Counted from the first letter of the stretch, positions 37,034-46,672 are shown. The stretch is DNA of 64,000 nt from Minisyncoccia bacterium (GCA_038207395.1 JBBQZW010000001.1:77530-141529), one strand, 5' to 3'. The notes: a model not told the origin generated them from the sequence alone. A program made the numbers and translations.

Positions 37034-38163
37034 TCACTTCACTTCGACCCGATGAGGTAGTAAAACGTGCCGCCGCTATAGGTAGTTACTACGGATTTAC
37101 TTCTCTTTCATCGCTCACCGTAAAAAAGACAGCATCACGTGCACCGTATCCTGAGGGAGTTAATCCTGATGCACTTGACCCGGCAGCACGTGAAGTAGCA
37201 GGATTTCTTAAGCATGTACGTGATGCGAATCTAACACCTTCCATCGCCCAACCTCTTTTTGTATGGCACACGAATGCTGCGCCAGGGCGTCCTGCTCCTA
37301 AGCAAATAATCATACAGTTCCATGCACTAGGAACTGAACGCGCCATAGCTGACGCCGTACTTATGCGTGCCGTGCGTGCATTTATGCAGGATCTCACCAA
37401 AGATGACCTGACGCTTCGTATTAACAGCATGGGTGACAAAGAGACTCGCAGTCGCTTCGCACGAGAGCTTGGTACTTTTTTCCGTAAGCACGGAGCCGCG
37501 CTTCCTGAACCCTGCGTAACCAGTGCAAAGAACGATGTATTTGAAGGAGCCGAACTCCTCGCAGCAATGGACTCAGGGAGTCTTCCAGCACCCACAGATC
37601 ACCTAAGCGAAGCTAGCCGTAAACATTTTGAGAGTGTTATCGAGTACCTTGAGGCAAGCGATACTGGGTATGAGCTTGCTCCTGAACTTCTTTCACGTGG
37701 ACCGTCATGGGCAGAGACCTGTTTTGAAATAAAGGGAGGCGATTCACTGCGCGCCTGGGGCTCACGCTATAACGAACTGTCCCGTCCATTCTTCGGTTCT
37801 GCAGTTCCAGGAGTTGGTGCAGTTATTCGTATCACCACTGACGTACGGGACACTCTTCCTGCACTGAAGCCTGCAGGAAGTCCTCGGTTTGTGTTCGTAC
37901 ATATTGGTGACGAAGCTAAACGCGAAAGTATGAAAATGGCTGACACGCTTCGTAAGGCTCGAATTTCTCTGACACAAAACATTGGTATTGAATCTCTCAC
38001 CGAACAAATGCGTCATGCAGAGACTATTAATCCTCCGTATCTTTTAATCATGGGCCGCAAAGAAGCCCTTGAACGTTCAGTTATCCTTCGTCACCGTGCA
38101 AGCTATACGGAAACCTTTATTCCGTTTGATTCACTTATTGAGCATTTGAAGAGTGTTGTATAA
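37030..38163 (+). CDS. Divergent histidyl-tRNA synthetase-like protein with HGTP anticodon-binding domain
   Basis: YYGF, LRINSMGD..R, HFESV.EYLE, G.RYN.L, C-terminal S...QMR.A anticodon domain; catalytic motifs degenerate. Confidence 0.7.
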   Translation: MITSLRPDEVVKRAAAIGSYYGFTSLSSLTVKKTASRAPYPEGVNPDALDPAAREVAGFLKHVRDANLTPSIAQPLFVWHTNAAPGRPAPKQIIIQFHALGTERAIADAVLMRAVRAFMQDLTKDDLTLRINSMGDKETRSRFARELGTFFRKHGAALPEPCVTSAKNDVFEGAELLAAMDSGSLPAPTDHLSEASRKHFESVIEYLEASDTGYELAPELLSRGPSWAETCFEIKGGDSLRAWGSRYNELSRPFFGSAVPGVGAVIRITTDVRDTLPALKPAGSPRFVFVHIGDEAKRESMKMADTLRKARISLTQNIGIESLTEQMRHAETINPPYLLIMGRKEALERSVILRHRASYTETFIPFDSLIEHLKSVV

Positions 38164-38188
38164 AGATGTATCGAGTAAGTCATATTAT

Positions 38189-38217
38189 TTGACATATTTA
38201 GATATACGACATATAAT
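38189..38217 (+). promoter_or_regulatory. Perfect sigma70 consensus promoter
   Basis: TTGACA-N17-TATAAT. Confidence 0.8.
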
Positions 38218-38264
38218 ATATTCAGTACTATTTGCTTTTTTGCTTCACGATAGGAGAACACCTA

Positions 38265-38543
38265 ATGCGTATTCTTAATGTTCTATATGCAATTATCGGC
38301 ACTGTTTTCATCACTCTGAGCTTCTACAGCACCTGGGTGTTGAAGGAAATGTTCGATCGAAATACCGAATATCAAGAGCGTGTGACGTCTATGTCGCCAC
38401 ATAATTTCGAAACACTTCCTACTCCGCCTCATGCACTTTGGTTTGGGGATGACCTTTTGGGCATCCTGCTGCCAACGATCCTCGCGATCATTGGTACGTT
38501 TTGCCTCTTCATGGCAATAACCAAATCTTCGGCTCGAAATTAG
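38265..38543 (+). CDS. Small two-TM membrane protein
   Basis: SD AGGAG before ATG 38265; two hydrophobic helices; terminator ~38554-38586. Confidence 0.75.
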   Translation: MRILNVLYAIIGTVFITLSFYSTWVLKEMFDRNTEYQERVTSMSPHNFETLPTPPHALWFGDDLLGILLPTILAIIGTFCLFMAITKSSARN

Positions 38544-38631
38544 TATTTCTCTGCGCCCGCGAATCCTAAGATTCGCGGGCGCTTTTGCCTATAGATAAAA
38601 AGAACCGACGCGTTTCCGCGTCGGTATAAGT

Positions 38632-39462
38632 TTAGCCAATTTGTGTAACGGCACACTCGTGCAATGCGGCAAGTCCCGCTAAAAGCGAAAGTTGCTGTGG
38701 AGCACTGTCCAAGTTATGACAGCTGAAGTTTGCAGTTTCATCAGGATCGTCATTCATTGTTTCGGGATACATCGAAAGATCACACGCATTACCAAAACAT
38801 ACGAGGGTAAATCGACCATCAGAGGAAATACGCGCACAACATTCAGAGCCGTACTTTCTAAGGTCTTTATCACTCAGTGCTTTCCATACCGATTGAATCG
38901 CCGTTGTTGCAGCTTTTTCTGCTGCGCGTCTTTTTTTATCATCCAATTCCATCAACCATCGCTTAAATGCTGGGTACACATAACCAGTGACCATATGTCC
39001 CCAACCGGCAGCAGGGTACTCAGTACGTGTGTAGATATCAAGGAACTGGAACGAATTCGATTTCCTGTTTTGATGCTCTTCTGTGCTCTCTAGGTGCCCA
39101 AGCATGATCAGAACAAGCTTAAAGGTAAGGGCAATCTGCTCAACACGATCAGCTACAAGTGGAAATCGATACTCAACGTCAGATCCTGAATCAACACGAT
39201 ATCCAGCTCGATCAAATCCAAACGTTGCTTCATCAGGGTGTGATAACGCAAGCTCTGGTTCTGCAGGTGAATGGTATCGATACGGGCGACGAAGATATTC
39301 ACTGGCTTTTAGCACACGATCAACCTCTGCCAAGGACTGATCTGCAAGCAAGGACTCTATTTGATGTGAGATATACTGAGATACCACAATACAAAGCTCG
39401 GGAGCATGCTTCAGCTTTCGGAATCGAAGGCTGAACATGCGCGCAGGGCGTTCATTAATCAT
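38632..39462 (-). CDS. Hypothetical protein
   Basis: Long ORF; likely start MINERP after GAGG; C-terminal GNACD...HNLDS..QQL.LLAGL motif. Confidence 0.7.
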   Translation of the reverse strand: MINERPARMFSLRFRKLKHAPELCIVVSQYISHQIESLLADQSLAEVDRVLKASEYLRRPYRYHSPAEPELALSHPDEATFGFDRAGYRVDSGSDVEYRFPLVADRVEQIALTFKLVLIMLGHLESTEEHQNRKSNSFQFLDIYTRTEYPAAGWGHMVTGYVYPAFKRWLMELDDKKRRAAEKAATTAIQSVWKALSDKDLRKYGSECCARISSDGRFTLVCFGNACDLSMYPETMNDDPDETANFSCHNLDSAPQQLSLLAGLAALHECAVTQIG

Positions 39463-39570
39463 GCCAACCTCTCTAAGAACTAGGGATACTGCTGCAATAC
39501 TGGGCGTAACCGTACCTGGTGTCAACAAACTGGACACCAATCCCCTATTTGTGATACTCTTGGCTCTATT

Positions 39571-39831
39571 ATGCAGAAAGCAACACGTGTAGAAGTAGTC
39601 CGCAGTAAAAGCGAGAGCGCAGCCTCTCTTCTTCGTCGTTTTTCCCGCCGTTCACAGGGTCTTGGTCTCGTACGTGCAATGCGTACGCGCCGTTACCATG
39701 TTCGTATCAAATCTAAGAACGTGCAGCACATGCGCGCCATGGTTCGTGGCGAACGCATTGCCGAGTACAATGATCAGGTAAAGCTCGGCAAGATTGACCC
39801 AGCAGCCCGTAAGACTCGTGGCCGCAAGTAG
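39571..39831 (+). CDS. rpsU: 30S ribosomal protein S21
   Basis: VEV.R..SES..SLLRRFSRR; highly basic; upstream of ybeY. Confidence 0.8.
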   Translation: MQKATRVEVVRSKSESAASLLRRFSRRSQGLGLVRAMRTRRYHVRIKSKNVQHMRAMVRGERIAEYNDQVKLGKIDPAARKTRGRK

Positions 39832-39834
39832 ACC

Positions 39835-40263
39835 TTGAAGACGTCACTCGACATTCGGAATTTCACCAGGCGCCCTCCGGCGCCTGGTGTTTCCTTTGTA
39901 TCTATTGCTGAAGCCGTACTTCCGGGATGGGATATCTCGCTTGTGTTCGCAGGAGAAACACGTGCGCAGCATTTGAATATTACGCTACGAAACAAAGACT
40001 ACATTCCTAACGTACTTTCCTATGAGAGTGGAACAAAGTCAGGAGAAATAATTATTTGTCCGTCTATTGCAAAGAAACAAGCACCACGGTATGGCATGCC
40101 TTACAAGGATTTCATCGCCTATTTGTTTATCCACGGTCTTCTTCATTTGAAAGGACAGCCACACGGGGCTACAATGGAAAGATACGAGCGAGCGCACTTA
40201 GCGCGCTTTCATTTTAAATTACCTACTTTTACCAATGACACGAAGAATCGCAACAGGAATTGA
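39835..40263 (+). CDS. ybeY: rRNA maturation endoribonuclease YbeY
   Basis: LN...RNKD..PNVLS, GEI.IC, HGLLHLKGQPH. Confidence 0.94.
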   Translation: MKTSLDIRNFTRRPPAPGVSFVSIAEAVLPGWDISLVFAGETRAQHLNITLRNKDYIPNVLSYESGTKSGEIIICPSIAKKQAPRYGMPYKDFIAYLFIHGLLHLKGQPHGATMERYERAHLARFHFKLPTFTNDTKNRNRN

Positions 40264-41401
40264 TATCGGAACTCACCAAACGAAGGTTGTTGTCGTTGAA
40301 GAAATCCATACTCCTGAAGGTTCATCTATTCACATCATCGGAACAGGTATGAGTGAGACGGCCGGCATGCGTCACGGGTATGTTGTTGACCTAGCTGATG
40401 CAACGGCAAGTATCGTTGCGGCTAAAAAGCAGGCTGAGTCGGTAGCACGTGTTCCAATCCGTTCAGGCTTCCTAGCTGTTGGAGGTGTTTCGCTCGACGA
40501 AACGCGGGGTACGGCTGACACCGTCATTTCTCGTGCTGATCAAGTGATCACTGACCTTGATATTCAGAAAGTGCGTGAGGGTGCTCGTCAGGCAGCAGAG
40601 CCTAACTTTCTTAACCGCAAAGTACTTCACGAAATTCCCCTTTCGTGGATCGTAGATGGTGCCAAAGTTATGGGCGAGCCTCTTGGATACAGAGGGACAA
40701 AGCTCGAGGGAGAATTCCTTTTTATAACCTGCCTCGAACAGCATGCGGACCTCCTCACGAACGCGGTCGAAAACGCTGACATCGAGGTTATTGACCGTAT
40801 GGCCTCCCCTCTAGCTGGCTCATATGTAACGCTCACTAAAGACCAGAAGATGAAAGGGTGTGTGCTCGCTAACATAGGCGCTGAAACCGTATCTATCGTT
40901 GTGTATGACGAAGGACTTCCTGTTTCTGCGAAAGTATTTCCTATTGGCTCAACAAATATCACCGATGACCTCGCTCTTGGTTTTAAGATCTCATTAGAGG
41001 ATGCCGAACGCATTAAACTCGGACGTCTTTCAGGAACTATGTACCCACGAAAGAAAGTGGACGAAATAATCTCATCTCGTTTCCGTACGATGTTTGAATT
41101 AATTGATAAACATCTCAAATCACTGGGACGTCGTCACTCTCTTCCTGCTGGAATTATTCTTACGGGCGGAGGAACCGGCACAGGCACCATCAGTGACATT
41201 GCAAAAGGATCGCTTAATCTTCCTTCACGTATTGCCGACATGCGCCTTAGTGCTGATACAAAAGTAAAAGATGCGACCTGGGCTGTTGCGTACGGTCTCG
41301 CACTTTGGGGACTCACGGGAGAAACTGAACCATCAAAAAAGAATCCAATGGGAGACATTATTCGCGCCTGCAAAGAATTTGTTGCGCAGTTCATGCCATA
41401 A
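40235..41401 (+). CDS. ftsA: Cell division protein FtsA
   Basis: GIDIGT, NIGAET, IT.DLA, AERIK, ILTGGG; upstream of ftsZ. Confidence 0.95.
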   Translation: MTRRIATGIDIGTHQTKVVVVEEIHTPEGSSIHIIGTGMSETAGMRHGYVVDLADATASIVAAKKQAESVARVPIRSGFLAVGGVSLDETRGTADTVISRADQVITDLDIQKVREGARQAAEPNFLNRKVLHEIPLSWIVDGAKVMGEPLGYRGTKLEGEFLFITCLEQHADLLTNAVENADIEVIDRMASPLAGSYVTLTKDQKMKGCVLANIGAETVSIVVYDEGLPVSAKVFPIGSTNITDDLALGFKISLEDAERIKLGRLSGTMYPRKKVDEIISSRFRTMFELIDKHLKSLGRRHSLPAGIILTGGGTGTGTISDIAKGSLNLPSRIADMRLSADTKVKDATWAVAYGLALWGLTGETEPSKKNPMGDIIRACKEFVAQFMP

Positions 41402-41509
41402 TTGGTTTTTTCTTAGTTGAAACAAAAGCACGTTTACCCTTTACGTCAATATTGCGCGTATCCCTATTTACGTAGCATAATGCCAGTATTACCCACTTAG
41501 CAGTCCCCT

Positions 41510-42781
41510 ATGTCAAAGCGCGTCACTCCTGAGATTGAGACCTTCGCCCGCATCCGCGTCGTCGGAGTTGGAGGATCCGGTAACAATGCCGTGAATCACA
41601 TGGTCAATTCAAAGGTTAAGGGTGTTGAGTTCGTGGCCATCAACACTGATGCACAAGACCTTCACCGTTCACTCGCTAAGCGAAAGATCCATATTGGAAA
41701 GAATCTTACCAAGGGACTTGGTGCTGGAATGAACCCTGAGCTTGGACGTCGCGCTGCTGAAGAAACACGTCAGGAAATTCAGGAAGCTATTCAGGGATCT
41801 GACATGGTCTTCATCACTTGTGGAATGGGTGGCGGAACCGGAACTGGTGCAGCGGCCGTTGTTGCAAAGATTGCAAAGGAACAAGGTGCGCTCACTATCG
41901 CTGTTGTTACCAAGCCATTCTCATTTGAAGGAGCGCATCGCGGACAGATTGCAGAGCAGGGACTTGTGGAGCTTAAGAAAGAAGTTGATGCATACCTCAT
42001 CATCCCTAACGACAAACTTCTCGCAATCGTAGAAGCAAATACGTCAGCTAAGTCAGCGTTCGCACTCGCCGATGAAATCCTTCGTCAGGCAGTTGAAGGA
42101 GTGTCAGACATTATCACTACTCCCGGTGAAATCAACACTGACTTCAATGATATTAAAACCATCATGGAGGGGGCAGGTCCTGCGCTCATGGGGATTGGTA
42201 TCGCCGATGGTGAGAACCGTGCGAAAGACGCTGCTGCAATGGCGGTTAACTCTCCCCTTCTCGATGTATCTATCTCAGGTGCGAAAGGCATACTGTTCGT
42301 TGTTGCCGGTAACGAAGACCTTGGCATTGTAGAAGTACAAGAAGCAGCTAAGGTTATTAGTGAATCTGTTGATAAGTCAGCACGAGTGATCTTCGGTATC
42401 ATGCGTGACGAGAAACTTAAGAAGGGTCAGATCCGCATTATTGTTATCGCCACCGGTTTCCCTGACCAAGGACCAGATAGCGGAGGCGCGAGCGGCTTCG
42501 AACGGTCTCTTTTCTCAATGCCAAAGCCAGAGCAGGAAGAGACTCGTGGACGCATTTTTAACGACATGCTCGGACGAGGCGGATCACGCGAGGAAAGCCC
42601 GGCTCCCGCCGCGCCAGTTGAGGAATCAGTTGCACCATTGATCCCCGTAAAACGTGAAGAGCCTATCGTAACAGCAACACCACGCATCGACAGTGTTCGT
42701 CCTGTAGCGCCTCCTATTGTTGAGGAGGAAGAAGAGGCCTGGGGAGCTATTCCAAGTTTCCTTCGTCGCCACAAGAAGTAG
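41510..42781 (+). CDS. ftsZ: Cell division protein FtsZ
   Basis: GVGGSGNN, GMGGGTGTG, C-terminal IPSFLRR. Confidence 0.99.
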   Translation: MSKRVTPEIETFARIRVVGVGGSGNNAVNHMVNSKVKGVEFVAINTDAQDLHRSLAKRKIHIGKNLTKGLGAGMNPELGRRAAEETRQEIQEAIQGSDMVFITCGMGGGTGTGAAAVVAKIAKEQGALTIAVVTKPFSFEGAHRGQIAEQGLVELKKEVDAYLIIPNDKLLAIVEANTSAKSAFALADEILRQAVEGVSDIITTPGEINTDFNDIKTIMEGAGPALMGIGIADGENRAKDAAAMAVNSPLLDVSISGAKGILFVVAGNEDLGIVEVQEAAKVISESVDKSARVIFGIMRDEKLKKGQIRIIVIATGFPDQGPDSGGASGFERSLFSMPKPEQEETRGRIFNDMLGRGGSREESPAPAAPVEESVAPLIPVKREEPIVTATPRIDSVRPVAPPIVEEEEEAWGAIPSFLRRHKK

Positions 42782-42848
42782 AAATAAAAAGAAAACCCCC
42801 TCCGGTTGCAAAAGCACTTAGGCAACCGGAGGGGGTTTTCTTTTTATT
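42782..42848 (+). terminator. Terminator after ftsZ
   Basis: aaaaccccctccggttgc...gcaaccggagggggttttc with T-run. Confidence 0.85.
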
Positions 42849-42908
42849 CAGAAATTCTCACTAATTTAGTGAACTTTATTTTATCTCTTCTGCGTATAGT
42901 TACCCGTA

Positions 42909-43292
42909 ATGGGTAAAGATTTTAATGCCTGGAATACTGAGAAAAAATATCTTAACACTAAGTTACAGGGTAAATATGGTCACCCCGGTGAAATCTGGTG
43001 GTGTTCTTTAGGAATAAATATTGGAGTTGAAACTAACGGCAAACACAATTTGTTTGAACGACCTGTAATTATCCTAAAAGCATATAATACAAACAGTCTT
43101 CTTATGCTTCCGCTTACAAGCAAAGAAAAGCGTGATGCTTTTCACTACAGGGTTAGTTCCGAAATCGGTATAAGTTATGCAAAATTAACGCAGGTACGAG
43201 TTATAAGTACAAAAAGGTTATTACGAAAAGTGGGGAAAATTACTACAACTGAGTTCGAAAATTTAATCACTTGTTTCAAAAACAGCATATAA
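42909..43292 (+). CDS. PemK/MazF-family toxin (no adjacent protein antitoxin)
   Basis: GEIWWCSLGINIGVE..GK....RPVII, PLTS, QVRVISTKRL; AT-rich. Confidence 0.88.
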   Translation: MGKDFNAWNTEKKYLNTKLQGKYGHPGEIWWCSLGINIGVETNGKHNLFERPVIILKAYNTNSLLMLPLTSKEKRDAFHYRVSSEIGISYAKLTQVRVISTKRLLRKVGKITTTEFENLITCFKNSI

Positions 43293-43343
43293 AACAAAAA
43301 CCCGCACTACTGCGGGTTTTCTCGAGGCTCCGAAGCCATAATA
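43293..43343 (-). ncRNA. Candidate ~50 nt small RNA (or 10-aa peptide mRNA) convergent on the mazF-like gene
   Basis: Minus-strand promoter TTGACC-N16-TATCAT (43349-43376), hairpin GGCT-TCGG-AGCC, terminator CCCGCA-GTAG-TGCGGG-TTTTT. Confidence 0.4.
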
Positions 43344-43434
43344 GTCATATGATATCAGAGCCAGTTACTAGGTCAACATAGATTGTATTGTCCACAATTG
43401 TGAAGTTTCGTAATGTAAGGGATACTTTACGTAT

Positions 43435-44361
43435 ATGAATGACTTACTAATTATCGGAGGTGGGCCTGCAGGAGTATCAGCGGGAGTGTATGCATCAAGA
43501 AAGTTTTTGAAGACGGTGCTTGTGGCTGAAGAAATTGGCGGTCAGAGCACCGTATCTGAAGGTATCCAGAACTGGATAGGAACGGTGAATATCCCCGGTG
43601 TAGAGCTAATTTCAGCCTTCAAGGCCCATTTGAATGCGTATAAAGGAGAGAGTTTAACTATTCTTGAGGGAAAACGGGTGGAAGCTTTAGAAAAAACTGA
43701 CGGAGGCTTTACGGCCACACTAAAAAATGGAGATGAAATTACGGCAAAAGCAGTACTTATTGCTTCTGGGGCAGCACGCCGAAAGCTGACTATTCCTGGT
43801 GCTGACCTGTTTGAACACAAAGGTCTTACGTACTGCGCTTCCTGTGATGGTCCTTTGTTCAGCGAAATGGACGTAGCCGTTGTGGGTGGAGGAAATGCTG
43901 GGTTTGAATCAGCACTTCAACTCTTAGCCTACTGTAAGTCAGTGACCCTTATACATAAGTACGACACGTTTAAGGCGGATGAGATAACAGTACAAAAAGC
44001 ACTCGCTCACCCCAACATGAAGGTTATGACGTTGAGTGAACCGACAGAAGTGCACGGCGACAAATTTGTGAACGGACTTACCGTAAAGAACGTGCAAACG
44101 GGTGAAGAAACAACGCTTGCAGTAACAGGAATTTTTGTTGAAATTGGCGTTGTGCCAAACACGTCCTTTGCGAAAGACTTAGTCGCACTCGACCCTATTA
44201 ACCGAGTAATTACTGATTCAAAGAATCAGCATACAAGTATTGAAGGAGTATGGGCTGCAGGTGACTGTACTGATGAGCTTTACCACCAAAACAATATTGC
44301 AGCGGGAGACGCAGTGAAGGCGCTTGAGGATATTTATATTTGGGTTAAGACAAAGGCGTAA
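43435..44361 (+). CDS. trxB: Thioredoxin reductase / AhpF-like FAD disulfide reductase
   Basis: IIGGGPAG, YCASCDG, VVGGGNAG, AAGD. Confidence 0.92.
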   Translation: MNDLLIIGGGPAGVSAGVYASRKFLKTVLVAEEIGGQSTVSEGIQNWIGTVNIPGVELISAFKAHLNAYKGESLTILEGKRVEALEKTDGGFTATLKNGDEITAKAVLIASGAARRKLTIPGADLFEHKGLTYCASCDGPLFSEMDVAVVGGGNAGFESALQLLAYCKSVTLIHKYDTFKADEITVQKALAHPNMKVMTLSEPTEVHGDKFVNGLTVKNVQTGEETTLAVTGIFVEIGVVPNTSFAKDLVALDPINRVITDSKNQHTSIEGVWAAGDCTDELYHQNNIAAGDAVKALEDIYIWVKTKA

Positions 44362-44374
44362 GAGAAGATAGACT

Positions 44375-44415
44375 AAATAAAAAAAAGCCCGCACGAGTGC
44401 GGGCTTTTTTTATTT
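44375..44415. terminator. Bidirectional terminator
   Basis: aaataaaaaaaagcccgcac-ga-gtgcgggctttttttattt. Confidence 0.85.
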
Positions 44416-44422
44416 CAGTGAC

Positions 44423-44572
44423 TTACGCAGCTGAAACTTCTTCTTCGCCTTCAGTAACAGGCATGTGCTCCATAGGAGCTGCTTCTGTTTCTGGAGTCAT
44501 TTCTGGAGTCTCTGGCATTGCCGTCGCCTCATCTCCCATCTCGTCGTGGGTCTTTACTTCTTCTGAATCCAT
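44423..44572 (-). CDS. 49-aa very acidic Glu/Met/Pro/Thr-rich peptide
   Basis: MDSEEVKTHDEMGDEATAMPETPEMTPETEAAPMEHMPVTEGEEEVSAA; followed by the terminator. Confidence 0.65.
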   Translation of the reverse strand: MDSEEVKTHDEMGDEATAMPETPEMTPETEAAPMEHMPVTEGEEEVSAA

Positions 44573-44727
44573 AGCGTAAATGGTTAGGACACAAAGGCTA
44601 AAGCCTTTGGTCTGTAGTAATGATTCAACGGGTCGAATCAAGGTAACTATAGCGCACTTAGATGGAAATAGCATGAAGTGCGTTTCAAGTATTCATGAGA
44701 ATTAGATATACTTTCCTTACTATTGAT

Positions 44728-45942
44728 ATGGACACGCAAAAACGCCCTTCAGCCAAATGCGTGTATTGTGGCGATACTCCGGTAAATCACACCTTTCATT
44801 TTATAGACTCAAGTCTTTCACTACTGTTAGGAGGAAATCGCACCCCTCGTGAGAAACCACTTCCACGCCTTTTTCGGTTGGAAAACTCTGAAATTATTCG
44901 ATGGATCATACGTAGCCTTCTTGCCGCACTAGTACTAGTAAAGATAGTTACATTCAGTACTGATAAGGAACTGGCGCGCACTACTCGCACAAAGAGCATT
45001 TGGGCAGAGGCACTTCGTCGTGGAATCCCCATCCAGGAAGTTCTTATTTTTGGTGCACGACGTGATCAGTTACGTGCGTGGCTTCCGACAAAGAAGGGTG
45101 GGAAGAAATATCGTTGGCATTATTTTGATAGTATCCCCACTCGCCCTTGGGTCCCGCAGTACGGACTTTCGTGGGTTGATGATAAGCAGAGCTTAAAGAA
45201 GGTCTTTTCTGGCCACAACCTTCCGGTAGCACGGGGCGGCTCTGTCTGGACTGCAGCAGGTGCTCGAAACATACATGAAAAAGTAGGCGTGCCTGTAATT
45301 ACGAAGCCTCGCGAAGGCTCTCGAGGCCGACACACAACCGTTGCCATCAGTAGCCCAGATGAGCTTACTGAGGCATTCAAACGAGCTCAACAACTTTGTC
45401 TATATGTACTGGTTGAAGAATATGTTGAGGGTCGGATATATCGAGCAACCTGTGTTGACTCGAAGGTAATCGGCATTATGGAACTCGTTCGCCCCAGTAC
45501 ACTCGCTGACGGTGTTAAGACCATTACAGAGCTACGCGAGCACCATAACGCGCACGGTAAGGCATATGCGCACTTAACCGATGTTGAGGATTCAACGCTT
45601 TTCCGCGATGCTATTAGTCACCAAGGATACACTCCTGAAAGTATTCCTCCTGCAGGCACCCGTATTCTTCTAGCTGAATTAGAGGAGCGGACAAATGGAG
45701 GGTACTTTGTTGACTGTACTGATGATATCCCTAAAGAAACCATACAGACGATTGAACGCGCTGCAGACCTTTGCGGTATTGATGTGGTTGGATTCGATAT
45801 TATTTCAAAAGATCTCGCAGATCCTGATGAACGGTTCGTCTTTCTTGAAGCAAACTCTTTGCCGTATATTGAGATTCATGACATGCCGTACGCAGGTACG
45901 GTTCGAAATGTCTCTTCGGCAGTATTTGACCTATGGTTTTAA
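44728..45942 (+). CDS. Stand-alone ATP-grasp ligase related to the cyanophycin synthetase/GshF ATP-grasp domain
   Basis: DDK...K, PVARG, ITKP.EGSRGR, LVEEYVEG, DVVGFDII, FLEANSLP; N-terminal CVYC and hydrophobic helix; no Mur-ligase domain. Confidence 0.85.
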   Translation: MDTQKRPSAKCVYCGDTPVNHTFHFIDSSLSLLLGGNRTPREKPLPRLFRLENSEIIRWIIRSLLAALVLVKIVTFSTDKELARTTRTKSIWAEALRRGIPIQEVLIFGARRDQLRAWLPTKKGGKKYRWHYFDSIPTRPWVPQYGLSWVDDKQSLKKVFSGHNLPVARGGSVWTAAGARNIHEKVGVPVITKPREGSRGRHTTVAISSPDELTEAFKRAQQLCLYVLVEEYVEGRIYRATCVDSKVIGIMELVRPSTLADGVKTITELREHHNAHGKAYAHLTDVEDSTLFRDAISHQGYTPESIPPAGTRILLAELEERTNGGYFVDCTDDIPKETIQTIERAADLCGIDVVGFDIISKDLADPDERFVFLEANSLPYIEIHDMPYAGTVRNVSSAVFDLWF

Positions 45943-46661
45943 AAATCCCAACAGCACCCAAACATATTGGAATCATTGGTGGTATGGGTCCATTCGCAGG
46001 ACAGCGCTTTATTCAGCACATTCTTGAATACGCGCGCGACACCTACGGCGCGCGCGTAGACGAAGACTACCCTCAAATGAGTATTGAAAACATCGCACTT
46101 CCTGCACTCACGGCTCAAGGCGTTACTGACGGTATGCAGTATGTTCCACTACTTAGTTCTGTTCTAAAAAGGATTGAGACGTACGGCGCACAGATGATAG
46201 CGATTCCCTGCAATACTATTCACTCTATCCACGCTGAACTCCAAAAATCAGTTGCAGTTCCTCTATTTAATATTATCGAAGAAACAGTAAGGCGAGCAGT
46301 ATCTCAAGACTATAAACGTACATATATACTCGGCACTGGTTCAACTATTTCTGACGGTCTATATCACTCAGCGCTTCGTGCTCAGAGTATTGAGCCACTG
46401 CAGCCTACGGGTGAACATCAAGAACAGGTGGGGGCACTCATTACTATTCTTGAGCAAGGGTGCAGTACTCCCGAAGCATGCGAACTCTATGACTTACTTG
46501 TTAAAGAGGCTATGGCTCAAGGCGCTGATTCGATCATTCTTGGCTGTACCGAACTTTCGTATCTTTGCAATGAGCCCACGCCGGGCATCAGTGTCATAGA
46601 CAGTTCCCGCATTCTCGCCGAAGCAGTCGTGAACGCAGCGTACGGTGCATCGTTGTCCTAG
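45933..46661 (+). CDS. Aspartate/glutamate racemase family protein
   Basis: IGIIGGMGP, IPCNT, ILGCTEL (both catalytic Cys); overlaps the ATP-grasp stop. Confidence 0.93.
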   Translation: MVLKIPTAPKHIGIIGGMGPFAGQRFIQHILEYARDTYGARVDEDYPQMSIENIALPALTAQGVTDGMQYVPLLSSVLKRIETYGAQMIAIPCNTIHSIHAELQKSVAVPLFNIIEETVRRAVSQDYKRTYILGTGSTISDGLYHSALRAQSIEPLQPTGEHQEQVGALITILEQGCSTPEACELYDLLVKEAMAQGADSIILGCTELSYLCNEPTPGISVIDSSRILAEAVVNAAYGASLS

Positions 46662-46672
46662 CCTATTATTTT

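Noticed and set aside
44728-45942. Calling the ATP-grasp gene cyanophycin synthetase (cphA)
   Set aside because: About 400 aa with no Mur-ligase domain and no cyanophycinase nearby.
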